DNA of 64,000 nt from Zancudomyces culisetae HAW-14-8 (lineage: Eukaryota; Fungi; Kickxellomycota): assembly GCA_052426225.1 (NCBI GenBank), contig JBNJNM010000013.1:186001-250000 (forward strand). The letters are read 5' to 3'. The position numbers and the translations under genes were made by a program. Shown piece after piece: positions 21,722-34,826 of the stretch; the stretch's first letter is position 1; every line of letters begins with the position of its first letter. The notes under the pieces are model-generated. The model did no database searches. It saw nothing but the letters and a program-made list of their open reading frames with translations, and was not told the origin of the DNA.

Positions 21722-24619
21722 CTTCAAATTCTGCTAGCTGTTTCTCTTGGTGTTGCTTTTGGTTCGCTGTTGCTTTTTCTGTTGCTCTTTGTTTGTTTGT
21801 TGTTTTTTTTTTTGCTTTTGCTGCCGTTGTTATTGTTCTTATATGTTTTGTTTATATATAGTTTTTTATCGGATTATTTTGCTATAATTTTATTTATCAT
21901 AGTGCTAAAAAAAAGATCATAAATGGCTGGAGGGGTGGCCTATGAGCTTTTCCCTTTTCGCTGTGAATTTACGTTTTTTTTCGCAATGTGAACAATCTCT
22001 ATCTAGAAATTTTTTTCAAATTGGCCGAAATCAAGCTGATCGGGCATTTAGCCACTAAAAAAAGAAGCATATCATTGGTGGAGTTACCGTCTAGTATCAC
22101 TTCCTCTTTTTCGGAGGAAGGAAGGGGAAATTTTTGACGCAGATAATGACGAATTAAACTATAACATGCAATGATAGCGACCCATTTTTGATGAAACACT
22201 TATCGTCTGTATTACACTCATTTTCCAAATAAAAAAGTGTGTAATCACAATTATATCGTTGCACTTTAGTTATTAAATCACAATCTCTGTGGTTCTTATA
22301 TGTTGAAGTTGCTAATTTTTATATGTTTAGCACATGCTGTACCTTTTACAGTTAATAACCTTTTTTTATTAAGCGTTGACTATGAAACAACCCCACAACC
22401 CGTTCATAAAATCAGACATTCCATGGTTTTCTCCGGTATTGTTGGATGTTGAGACTATAGTAGATGATCACATACTTATGGTGCCATTAATAACATCGAA
22501 GGCCGGTGTGCAAAACAGTTCTTAAAAGTGTGAACACACATTATCAAGCCCTATTTATTTCTATAATTTTCAGATGGCCGACTCTACACCTTTAAGTTTT
22601 TTTTCCATTTTCTTCTATTTTTTTTGTAATATTTTTCCTTTTTGATTTAGAATTAATCTCTAAATCTATCTATGGTCATACAAAACAAAGTTAGATTTTC
22701 ACTCAGACTGATTTTATTTTTCAATATGAAGCCGTACTACTTACCAATTGGCAATAAGCTGGGATTTTAGTGTTACAGGATTAAAGTATTGACCAATAAG
22801 TATATGTTTTTACAAACACACTTAATTGTGACTGGGTGGACGGTAAGAAAAAAATCACATATGTTATGATCCACTGGTTTGCCTTTTTTTTATCCCCTCC
22901 TCTCTACCTCACTTTGTTGGTGTTGACTTTTTGTCACACAAAGTGCACATCATGTGTGTTTATAATAGGATAATTTTTTTTTGGTGTTTTGGATATTTAA
23001 GGTGCCAATAATTACTGCATTTCTCATTACCATGTGAGAGTGATAGATCATTATGGCTTCTGGCATTCCATATAAAAATGGAACACTCTATCAAAAAGAT
23101 ATGAACCACTTACCCTACAGTAATGAAATTGCATAGAAATCCATTTGAGCTATTGCTGGGACTATATCAACACAATACTGAGCAAGTGATCGACTCAACT
23201 CAACCCTTCTGTTTTTCTTTGGGTCAGCCCTGTAATAACCATAATATTAATACTAATAAACTTAGCATTACTGCTGCATGTTATTTGCAAATGATCACTT
23301 TAATATCTACTAAACATCAAAATACCAAATAATTTAGAGCGATTGCTGGGTCAAACCAGTACATTTATTAAAACGTAACTAAAAAAAATTTTTTTTGGGA
23401 AGTTAAGGAACGTTTACCCAAATTTAATAGCAAACACCCTTTTGCGTATTTATGAAAAAACAACTGCATCATGTGTATTAGAAAGGCGCGTGTATATCTT
23501 ATGAATTTGACTTTACCTATATCCACGGGCCACTAGTACTTAAAATATCGGAATACCTCAATGTTCTTTTATGGAGGAAGAATTATACAATATTTAGTGA
23601 AATGGAATCCTCTTTTTTAAAATAAAAGCCTTCGTCTAATACTCTAGCGTAAAACAGATAATAATTCACTGAAAACTATCATGGAATCTATTGAACCTAT
23701 TTTCAAGAATCTCGTGTCCTGCACATCAAGAGCTATACAGCAATAAATGCCGAAATAACAGCTTAATTAGGCAGGTGGTCAGGTACTCTTCACCAAAGTA
23801 ACACCTCAATCGAACCAATGTTAGGCTTAAGAAATGTCGAAAACGAGGCAACGGTGCATACAAATTAATGGGTCACAGTTTTTTGTAAGGGTCTGTTGAA
23901 GCGATGTGGAGTGAATGGGGTTGACTTTAACATCAATCTAGATGTTTTTTTCTACAATTTTACTAACAACCCCCCCCCCCCCCATATCATTTCATCACCA
24001 AAAGATGCTGCCAATATTAATTAAATTTGTACTAGCTAAGTATTTGTTTTTCAAAAAAAAAATAAACAAGAACAATAGTTTTAAAAAGCTTTTCTTTTCA
24101 AAAAAAAAAAAAACTCCGCAGCATCGAGACACATGTGAATATCACCTGTCATGCTCCATTGAATGGTTGCGTGAGCTTTCACTATTGTTGTAGATACAAA
24201 GTTAAAAAAATGTGCTAGCACAGTTATGCAAATGATAGTCGGTTTCCTAGGTATAAAGCATGACCAATATTGTGGATCCTACACTTGTAAATTAACTCTA
24301 CTCTGCCTCTATGTGATGTGGAGGATATTTTTAACCAACAAAAACAAAGTGTGAGATTTCACATAAACTTTTAAAATAATATAAGTGTGAGCAAAATGGC
24401 ATTGGTGACAATAATAACGAAAAGGCAGGGAAAAAAAACACATGATCTGCTAGAACAATAGAGTGCATTTTTGTTTACTGAGCTTATTATATGCAAAGTA
24501 ATTGTGAATACATGAAAATGCGTATATAAATAAAACTGTATAGGACGTTTAAAATGCTCAACTTTTTTTTCCAAAGCTTAACTACAAGTAATACGACTAG
24601 TTAATAAACAAAAAGAAAA

Positions 24620-24883
24620 ATGTGCTGTAAAAATCATAATAGGCCCTGCTCATTCAGATTCTGTTCGTATTCATCATTCGATTGCATGTATTGCGGACGG
24701 GGGTATTGCAGATGTGAGTGTACTTGCTTCAAGAGATGTGAAGAGAAACCGAAACCACCGGTTATTTGTAAAGACAAGTGTTGTAAACCACCAGAAAAGG
24801 AAAAGGAAAAGGAAAAGGTGGTTAAAAAGGAGTGTCACGTCCGTGGTTCGGTAATTACTGTTACAGTCAGGATTTGCGATTAA
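24620..24883 (+). CDS. Small cysteine-rich orphan protein (87 aa, 16 Cys)
   Basis: A-rich ATG context, TATATAAA at 24523-24530, CC/CxC/CxxC clusters, higher GC than the flanks, no signal peptide. Confidence 0.65.
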   Translation: MCCKNHNRPCSFRFCSYSSFDCMYCGRGYCRCECTCFKRCEEKPKPPVICKDKCCKPPEKEKEKEKVVKKECHVRGSVITVTVRICD

Positions 24884-25912
24884 TTTGTATTCGGCTTAGC
24901 TATCTTCTACAACTTTTATTTCCGAAAAAACGTTATTACGGTCTCTCTGAGCCTTCTTTTGTACAGGAAAGATAAATGCGTTATTCTTGGAGCTTTTTAA
25001 CAACCAGCCCCGCTAGGCACTATTTTTTTTAGAACTATGTAAAGATATGATTAGGGTACTTCATTCATAAATAGAGTTTTTTTCTTTGTTAAAAAAGGAA
25101 TAATCATTTTGTTAAATAAAGGCATTATTAAGCAATCATTTAGAAACTTGAATAGAAATATTCTGGCTGAGGGATTATTTCATAAAAGTTAATTAAAAAC
25201 AGTAAGAGTTTAACTGTTTCTTTGTATTTTTTGACACCTGATATTGATTTGATTGACGTCCTAGCTTAAATTTCTAAGCAGATTGATCGAAAATAGCAAC
25301 ATCAAAACAAATTCTTTCACCAATATTTTTTGGCATTCGATACCGCAACGCCCCCAAAAGTCCATGTATTTGCAATGAATATGGAATTCACATTCAAACT
25401 GTTCGTTTTGTTTAAAGGTATTCGTTTTTTTTTTGGTAGGATATTTTCTTAATAAGAAAAAAGGAATCAAATCGAAACGAATCAATGTGTACTGAAACTA
25501 CCATCTGCAAATTTGTGGCAATAAATTTCTAGGACGCGCGTATTTTTTTCTTCTAGTTGGGTCCAGTATATTTTGCTTTTTAGATGGATTGACTTTTCGC
25601 GATTAAAGTTCATCCAAAAATGCAATTGAAAATCATCGCAAAAATAAATTGCGAAAGTCAAGTGGAGAAGGGGGGAGAGGTGTGAGTTTCGATTTTCTTT
25701 GTTGTTGGGAGAAGTCTAAATGAATGATTAGGTAATGATTACAGAATTGTGATCTTAATTCGACCAAAAAATAACTAGATGTGTTGCTGAGGTTAAAGTT
25801 TTCAAAGCAAGTAGGTTTGTAGTATTTTTTTTTTAAATATTCTTTTGCAAAATGCAATTGTGAATTAAAATAAATAACATCAATAAGAGATAAGACACAG
25901 ATTGTAGGGTAA

Positions 25913-27690
25913 ATGACTTTAAGTGGCGCATCAGAACGAACTATTTCACTGAGAGAAAAGATAGCTAATGCAGCGATTGCACGGCATAGCTTGGAATCCA
26001 TCAATGTTATGGTGGTGGGCTCCCATTCTATGGGAAAATCAACTCTCCTACAGAGCTTGTGCAACAGTTTTGTTCATCTAGAGAAGATCGATACGAGTAA
26101 TCGTAGAAAAAGGCACTCACTCGATGAGTTTAGGAGTAATATTTTGCTAGAAAGAGGTAAAGAAGGGTACGATCAAGAAAATCAAGATTCAAGCGAATCT
26201 AGAGATGCCAAAACGTTGTTATACAAAGACAAATTTCAGTTTGGTAGTAAAGATAAAAGCGAAAATCCGTTCACCTTGTTTGATTCGAACATTACTACGG
26301 ACAAGGTCTATAGCCATAAATTTCAAGTGAAACTTAAGGATATTTTGGGAATACATGAAAACAGCAACAAAAAGTTGGACATAGAGCTTATAGATACTCC
26401 AGGTTTCAAGGTTGACGATATGAGAGATGTCAAAAGCAAGTGTACTTTGATAAAAAATTATATTGAAAAAAGATACGAAGATAAATTAATTGATGTAAGT
26501 GTAGTTGATCAAGAAACGTGTTTAATAACCTACCTATCCTGTCTATCTACCTATGTATACACTGAATACAATTATATCATTGTGGGTTTAGTTTAATTAA
26601 AATTTTAAATATTCGATATATAACATGTTGCTAGGAATTTAGTCTATTCAGAAAGCCTAAAGATTCCAAAAGTTTCGTGCATTGTATCATTTACATTCTT
26701 ACTCCCGTCGACTTAGATATTGACCTAAGCCACAGAAATAATGACTTGACTGCTGAAGCGTTGACAGGAAAGACGCTAACAGATTGCGATAGATATATGC
26801 TGGCTAATCTCTCCAAGGTGACAAATGTTATTCCGGTTGTAGGAAAACTTGATATCTTAGACAAAAGAGTTAGAGAGTTTTACAGCTCGCGACTATTCTA
26901 CTTTTTACTTCGGGAGCAGCATCCAGAGATTGATATATTTGATTTTTATACAAATAATATCCCAGAGGAAATACTACCAGAAATAGCAGAGTACATAACC
27001 GTTACAAAGGAAGAATACGAACGAAGAGAGATGGAAACTTCCAAAATCAGTATGGCCAGTGACGAGCATAAGATTGAGATTGATTTGTTTAGGGCATACT
27101 TCTTATTAAAGGTGCCCTTTATGGTATCCGGGTGTGAAGATGTACATCTAGAATCGTATTTTCGCGAGCATGGGTATACCGCCGTTAACAATGGGCCAGA
27201 TCACACAAGAATAAATTTTGCGTATGATCCACATACGATTGAAGATGAGTCTAGAGAGGACACTAATAATGGTACTGTGCTGATTAATACTGCTGGGTTT
27301 GCTAAAAGCAATAGTGCACCTGCCGCCACAACAAATAAACTGCCAAACAGCGATTTTAATCTCGCAGTTTCGAGATCTATTAAAAGCGGTGAGATGAGCC
27401 TGAGCGAGGCTATAAGTTCTATAAAACAAGCACCTCATGATGACAGTTCGTACAGTCTCAATCAAAATAATGTTTACAGTATTTACAGGGGAACAAACAT
27501 ACCGATTAAAACAAGATATGGTAGATCCTATCCATGGGGATTTATGGATGTTTTTAACCGTTCTTACTGCGACTTTTCGCTTTTGCTGGCTGTCGTTTTT
27601 GTTTATTTCCGCAACGCTATTATTGAAAGTAGTATGGACTCGTTTTACGAAAAGTATCGGACTAAATACATTATTGAAAATTTAGAGTAG
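25913..27690 (+). CDS. Divergent septin-family GTPase, 2 exons
   Basis: P-loop VMVVGSHSMGKST, LIDTPG, VHCIIY, NVIPVVGKLD, RYGRSYPWG..CDF; in-frame intron 26495..26634. Confidence 0.85.
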
Positions 27691-28148
27691 ATGTTGGTAC
27701 CGTCAGTTTCTTCGTATATGATATTTTTCTTGCTGGTATAATTAATTATCATTTGGAAGTAGTGTAAAGCTATTTTCTTTTTCATATGGTTCTTAGATAT
27801 ATTCATTTAATTGCAAAGCAGAATATAAATAAAAAACTAAAATAAAAAATAATAATAGCGCGAGGGAAAAGTACACCAGTTAAAAAGCCAAGTATCGCGC
27901 TCGTTTGTAAAAATATTATTATTTCGCTAAAATGGATAACAAATAGTGATAAAACACCCTTTAGATTCTGTACTGCGAAAACCATCTAAACTCGCTTTTT
28001 TCAATTTTATGACCCATTTTAATTTAACTTTTCTGAAGTTATAAATATTATATGGCTATTAATCTGTCTTTTTTTTTATTACAAAGAAAAAAGTTATTAG
28101 TAAACTATCAGGATCATAAGCAATGGAGAAAAAATGTCCCAATAGAAT

Positions 28149-30659
28149 TCAAAGCCCTGACACGGGTTTTTCGGAGGAAATAATGCCTGAGGTCTGGAGT
28201 AGCCAGCGTGCAGTGTGTAGTTGGTCTTCATCCAGTCCATGTTGTTTGAGTAGTTTAAACGTGTTTAAAGACTTCCTATTTGAAACATCCTTCTTTTCAA
28301 ACAAAAGATATTTTTCTTGCGCAGACCAGGCCTCTGGACCTCCTAAACCATATAATTCTACATTTGCTACATTTATATCCACCCTAAATGCTCTTTTTTT
28401 GGAAAAAGAACAAAAAGTTTGCTTTTCAGAGGGAACAAATGGATCATTTATTAGTGAGGCCACCTCATTTGATAACTCCAGGATTAGAGTCTCAGTAACT
28501 TGTGTCGACGAACCATTATCGGCTCCTAGTGAGGATTTCCTGTAGCTTTCAGATAGTTTTGTTTGTGTAATATTCCCACCAAGATGAATTCCAGTAGTTG
28601 ATGAGCTGGTAATATAGCACAGTTCCCTGCAAAGCTTCATGGATGACTTAGCACTAGGATCACCAGCTTTTTTGTATGAACATGTCTGGTCAAAGGCGTA
28701 ATCTTTGATTTCTTGAATAGTTTCGTGATTGATTCCATTGATGAGCTGAAAATAGGGTTCTATTATAAAGATAAAACACCGATGATCACCAAAGGGCTTC
28801 GTGGCGGACTCTATCCATTCAGTCGGGACATAAACACCTAGTTTAATCTGATCACCTGCCTTCAGAGGAAAGATGTCTTCAGGAACTTCCGAACATGAAA
28901 TAGATGGTGTATATTTCAGGGAAGAACCGCAATATTGTGATAATCTAATATCATTTGCACGTGATTTTGATTCATCCGAGATAGTTCCGGAGATAAGCAT
29001 AACTGTTGGTGCAGGGTAGTGCAGTGCCTTATTAAGGAATGACCTATTACCAAAGCCATCCCTATCTGCCCTAAAAAGCATGTCCCAAACAGACATTCCG
29101 TTTAAAATGCTACCTTTTTCAACATGATTTCCCATTATACTGTGAACTTTACTTTCGCACTTCGCGCTTTGAGACAAAACATCGCTTTGTTCCCTGGGGA
29201 AACTTAACCTTTGAGCAGAATTGCTTCGTATAGACTGTCTGTTCAGTGAAGCCGAGTAACTGGGAGTGGATAGGCGTTCCTGTAATGTGCGCCGCAAGTT
29301 CACTGTCCTTCCCCACGTGTTTCCAGTAGATGTTGCCTTCCATGTTAGTACAAACATTGCTGGTCTTATTATTATAGTAGATGGAGATCCCAACATTATT
29401 TGGTATAAATGGCCTTCAATAGCCAGTTTTCTTATACTGAAATTTTCTAAGCTACTATCTTCAATCAATTCAGTTGTAAGTCCTAATAATACATTGAGTA
29501 AAAAATTGGATATGTTTGCGAATATTCCATCGCCGCAATAGTCAACCCAAAGCAACAGGCTATCCAGTGAAATGTTCTCCTCATCATCAATTCTAAACTT
29601 TCTGTTTTGTATAGAAATATCGTCGACGCTACGTCTTACAAAGTTCATAACATATTGTAACTCTGAAGCTAGCATTTTTTCGCTATAGACGGGGATTTCA
29701 TCGTTGTTGACATCGTTATTGACGATTCTGCTTCTCAGGTCCTCCAAGTTACATATTGTAGGAAATACATACATATAGTACAGGCCTTGAACAATATTTC
29801 CGAGTGTTTTCAGTTGCATTTTACTTCCAAAAGTCTCAAAAGGTAATTCAGTGTTGTCGGCAACCTTAAGAGCAGCTAGAAAATCATCCATTTCATTAGA
29901 TACACTTTTGCTCTCTGTTTTCTCTACGCACAACTCTTGTTCAAGATCAAGATCAACCTCTTGTTTTGTAAATACAAGATTATCTGTTCGCATCTCATTA
30001 TCCATTCCGAACTCGTGCTTTTCTTCGAGAGCATCCTGTACTACAATAAATGACTTCATTATAAGCTCTATTTTTAATTTCCACAAATCTTCGCTTGTCC
30101 CATATTCCATATCAGCACTTATAAACTCTTTTGGAGGCTCTCTATCAAATAAATATACTGATAAACCTGCCAAAAAAGCTGTCCTCCTCATACAAACATC
30201 CCTTTTTTTAATCTTTTCTCGTAAATTTTCGCTGATATCCGATGTATCTCGTGTTTTAAACCATTTTTGCAAACACCAAATCGAATAAAACAAATAATCC
30301 ACCAATTGCCCACCACACTCTGGTGAATCCTGGGTGAATTCTTTGAATACAGCCCTGAAACCCTCCAGGTCTATTTTGCCTTTTTTCAGTAACTTTGAGT
30401 CTTCTAAAAAATTCCAAAACGCTATAAATGAGGCTATTTCAAGTTTGGTGTACACTTCTTCAAGGTTTGTTCCCATTGTAGGCCTCGCTTTCTTGATAGG
30501 TATTGAGCTTGTCTTGTGCATTCCTCTCGCTTTCATATTCAAAGAGCCGGAATTATCAGCGCGTTCACTATCGCTTTGCCTTGCAGCACCATTTGTTTCA
30601 TTCGCTTCGGCTATGACCTCTTCTGGATTTATATTCGATTTTGCCAGATATTGGCCCAT
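28149..30659 (-). CDS. RTC5: TLDc-domain protein, Rtc5/MEAK7-like
   Basis: N-terminal MGQ (myristoylation-type); TLDc motifs LFRADRDGF, APTVMLISG, LGVYVP, FGDHRCFIF, VELYGLGG. Confidence 0.8.
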   Translation of the reverse strand: MGQYLAKSNINPEEVIAEANETNGAARQSDSERADNSGSLNMKARGMHKTSSIPIKKARPTMGTNLEEVYTKLEIASFIAFWNFLEDSKLLKKGKIDLEGFRAVFKEFTQDSPECGGQLVDYLFYSIWCLQKWFKTRDTSDISENLREKIKKRDVCMRRTAFLAGLSVYLFDREPPKEFISADMEYGTSEDLWKLKIELIMKSFIVVQDALEEKHEFGMDNEMRTDNLVFTKQEVDLDLEQELCVEKTESKSVSNEMDDFLAALKVADNTELPFETFGSKMQLKTLGNIVQGLYYMYVFPTICNLEDLRSRIVNNDVNNDEIPVYSEKMLASELQYVMNFVRRSVDDISIQNRKFRIDDEENISLDSLLLWVDYCGDGIFANISNFLLNVLLGLTTELIEDSSLENFSIRKLAIEGHLYQIMLGSPSTIIIRPAMFVLTWKATSTGNTWGRTVNLRRTLQERLSTPSYSASLNRQSIRSNSAQRLSFPREQSDVLSQSAKCESKVHSIMGNHVEKGSILNGMSVWDMLFRADRDGFGNRSFLNKALHYPAPTVMLISGTISDESKSRANDIRLSQYCGSSLKYTPSISCSEVPEDIFPLKAGDQIKLGVYVPTEWIESATKPFGDHRCFIFIIEPYFQLINGINHETIQEIKDYAFDQTCSYKKAGDPSAKSSMKLCRELCYITSSSTTGIHLGGNITQTKLSESYRKSSLGADNGSSTQVTETLILELSNEVASLINDPFVPSEKQTFCSFSKKRAFRVDINVANVELYGLGGPEAWSAQEKYLLFEKKDVSNRKSLNTFKLLKQHGLDEDQLHTARWLLQTSGIISSEKPVSGL

Positions 30660-33408
30660 TTTTGTAGTTTTTAGAGTATATCGAAGTAAAAAGTTTGATA
30701 ATCAACTAGTTAAGTGGGTTCTTACTCTTTTTAATTTCAAAATAAAGCAAAAAAAAAGTCTATTTCTTATCGTTTTCGTTGTAATTTTATTCAGGCTTTT
30801 AGCAACCTTGGTCTACCATATCATATACTAATTGTGTTTTGTTTTGTAAATAATGCGTCTAATCTTGCTCTGTTATTTTAGTAAATCTAGGTCCTTTTTT
30901 ATTGCTTGTTTTTACGCAATTCCATTGGTGGGTTTTGGGTAGTTTCTTTCACTTGCGAGTAGAAACTGCGCCAAAGAATCGTTACACATTAACCTGTAAA
31001 ATGCTATATGTTCATTGGCCATCTACAGGTCAAACTTCAAAGTCTTGTGACTTGTTTTCTCGTTTTTTTGATTATCCGCCTCTCAATCAATATACTAATT
31101 ATGCAAAGATAACAGGCTGCCACAAGGTCCAATATCATCTTTCTTTTTATTTCAAATACAAAGTAACAAAACAAATTTAAAAGTAACTCAACTAAAAAAG
31201 GGCTGAAGTGCATCAAAACTCATTGTGACTATGCAGATAGGGATTAGGGGAGGATGGGTAAGCTCTAACAGCCAAGACGTCCTTTTTAACATATTTTGAT
31301 GCATGGTTTACTTTCTCTTTTTTTGCATAAAGTATGCGATCAAGGTGGATGGGTAACATTGCTCTGCATAAAATTGGTTTTCGAAATTGGTGGTATTGAG
31401 GAATTTGATAAATTGAACTTGAAGCTCAGCTATATTCATAGCACAACAAATACAAAGGGAAAAGCCCCTTTTTATTATTATTAAACATAGGGTATCATTT
31501 TTAATAAACATTTCATTTATTTTTTATCAAAAGTATGTACACTACTATCGAAAACTTGGGGGTTGAAGTGATGTTTGTTTTAAGTCGGTAGCTATTTTAT
31601 GCGATCAATACCATCATCAAGTATTTCTAAACCGTTTATCTCATATTCAATAGCCCTTTGAAGTGAGTGACAGTGTTTTACTATCGCTTTTTTTTCAAAT
31701 AAAAATCATTATCAATGTTCCCCTTAACTTTCCCTTCCCTCATTTAAAACCATCATGGATAGATGTAATTTCAAACTGGCCATCGGTACAAGTATATTTA
31801 CTTTTGTGTCATCCGTATACATTGATGATGTAGGTTTACTGCAACCACCAAAATCCATACCATCTATGCAATCTTTTCTGATGAGTATGTATCCTGTAAA
31901 CCCAAAATATGTGGGCGGATCAGGGAGTAATGCTCTATACTAATAACACCTCGCCCCATCCATTATAAGGAACTAACCAATAGGAATCTTTAACCGTTTT
32001 ATTAGTTAGTATATAAACCTTTACCAAAGCTAATTAGTAAACCTAAGTCTTTTATTCTAGTTTATTTAGTATCCATACTATTACAATAAAGCCAATCATA
32101 ACATTCATAATATTTTCACACCACTCCCTAATTTGAGAAAAGAAAAGTGGATGCTTTAATTCCGATATTTTTAGTTTTATTTCATGTCCATTTCGAGTTG
32201 AAATTTGGCACTTTTAACGTGCCAAATTGGAACAGAGAACAGTTCTATAATGTCCAATCGTGGTTTTTTTTTCCTAAAGTAAGGTTAATTTATCTTAAAA
32301 TATTTGAAATCTCTAAAAATTCTGATTTGTAAGCAGTATGAGGGAAAATTAAATCTCAGGAGTTTATGTAAAAAGCTAAACGGAAAAGATCCTAGCTTCC
32401 ACATTTGGTAATTTACAGGGCGGAACAGGGTGAAATTGCATTAAATGTGTAAAAAAAAAGACAAGCAGAAATAGCATTCGTTGGATGATAATCAATGAGG
32501 AGCAAGAAAGTGTAGGGGAGAGCAAGCAAGAGCAAGAATGTACACAGGTTATAGATGCACTTTGTGGTAATTTTTTTTTATGCCTGATGAATTTGCCAGA
32601 TTAATACCACATAAAATTAGATGGGTTGTGATAGTACGCTGATAAGATAATGTAGAAAAAAAAGAAAAGCACTACCGTCTATGCCAAGCAATAGTGGTAG
32701 AAGGTGGCAGTAAAGGACGATTCGTTGTATTCGCGTTACTTGAGAGATTCCTTTTTCTTCATGAGCATGCATCAGTTTTGCATACTGTGTGGTTTTTATT
32801 TCTTTATTTAGAATATTAGGCAATATGGTAAAACACACAGCCAAAGCTTTAAACGCAAGATACTATTTGTTTAGTGCTAATGTATTTTGTGAAATATGCA
32901 TCCCAAATATTATATATTTATTAAAGTCGGATAAAAATATATCTTGTACACGTGTACATTCACTAAAAGGATTCACAGTTGGATGTGTATTAAGAGCGGA
33001 CTATATTACATACGTGTCCACGGCCAAATTATCAAGTATTGATTTCCGGCCAGCCACACAGTTACAACCAGACAACTCATCTTTTTTCTATTTTGGAATT
33101 CATCCTTCCCCAAAATAGCTTTAAAAGAGCGGAAATGAGGTGTACATTGAATTAACCCAAAATCAATCATGCCAGCATACTAACCACAACGTTTTCAAGG
33201 CACATAATCACACCATGAGCGTTGTATAGGTGAAATGATGTTAAGTCGCAAGCCAAAGTGAGTAAAACTCTCGTTCTACCAAGTTTATTTTGGGTATTTT
33301 TGTGAAAAAAAAAGTATAATTAGGTTTTGGGTTTAAGTACAGATGTATTATAAATAACAAAGGACGATAATGGGATGATAAATGCCAAGTGAAAGAAAAA
33401 AAGATGGG

Positions 33409-34826
33409 TTATAAGTTATAGCATTGGTAGCGACTTAGCCCGACAGAACGGGTAAAGTCGCTAGGTACATTTGTAGGCATTGTGCGAGATTTCTTCATAA
33501 AACGTGGTCGGTCATCAAGACTAGGGTCGCGGTAAACACAGTCGTCCTTAATATACTGAGTTACAGTAGAGATGGGCGGCAATGAGACTTCGGAATATGT
33601 ATAATCACAAGATCTCTCATTTGATTGAGGATAGGTGACAGAATGACTCATTGGTCGTGGAAACCGCATATCTGCGCTACTGCTATATTTACTTAGTCTA
33701 TGATCTTGTGCCGAAAAGGTTCTTTTATCTTGGTATACATCTTTTGAGTTTTTAAAATCTTTTTTTATATCGGAGTCATAGAAATAGTCTTTATACTCCG
33801 GTAGACCACCGTATCTATCTTCGTATGTATTGGGTACGTCATATTGCTTAGAGAATGGGCTGTAGATATTTCCAGATTTTCGGTAGCTATGATATTCATC
33901 GAAGTCTGATCTTTTTTCAAAAATGGGATCCGAAGCACGGTTCCTGAAGGAGTGTATGCCATTTTGGTGGCCACTTGTTTTTGAGTGTTCGTTTTCATCT
34001 GTTGTAAGTGTTATAATACTGTTTGCTTTGCTTAATAAATGAGTTTTATCTCCTTTGAATGACTGTGCTGATAGATAAATATCATCACCTCTTGGTTCAG
34101 AACCTAGAAATACGTTTATCCGTTGAACATTTTTTAATAAAACGTATAGGATTCTCAAACCTGTAATGAACAAAAGTAGAGTAAAGAAAAAGAATTCCAT
34201 ACACTAAGATTGTACGGTATAACATACCTCTAAAAATCGGTGACACATCTTGCATTTCAACACTAGCTACACCAAATACAGTAGCCTCCTCAATCATTGA
34301 GGGGTCGCTAGTTTTTCGCTGGAAAGCGTATCTGCTCTGTGGTGGGTCCTCTTTGTTACCTCTTGCATCATGGGAATCTACGCTCATTTGATCTTCGCCC
34401 TTCAAAAAGTAGTGTTTCTTTTTATGCTTTTTTAAGTCCTGAGGTCGCTTGAAGGCTTTGTTACAAATCTATTCAACGAATGATAATAAAATTTAAGGTT
34501 CTGCAACTGAAAGAGAAGGGAGGGGGGGGGGGGTAAAGAGTAAATGTAATTCTCTCCAGGTATAGGCAAATATCACTTACTTCGCAGGTATAAGGTTTCA
34601 GAGGTATATGTACACGTAAGTGAGAAGTTATATGGTCTCTTTTTCCAGTTTTTACATTACAATCCAACCACTTGCATTCAAGACAAAGATTGCCCAGGGC
34701 TTTTCTTCCAACATGTTCGTTAGTTAAATGCAGATATAGCGCATCTGGATCGTTATCCACCCTAAAAGTACAATGACCCCATTTACATTCCAAAATTTGG
34801 AGCGGCTCTTTTGTCTCTTCAGCCAT
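33409..34826 (-). CDS. pacC: pH-response C2H2 transcription factor PacC/Rim101, 3 exons
   Basis: Three fingers: [64 protein letters not shown]. Introns 34580..34469 and 34227..(34161 or 34104). Confidence 0.93.

Noticed and set aside
31540-32080. Coding-like minus-strand fragments (YNGWGE, DPPTYFGFTGY)
   Set aside because: Multiple stops and frameshifts and no recognisable family; cannot be supported without a search.
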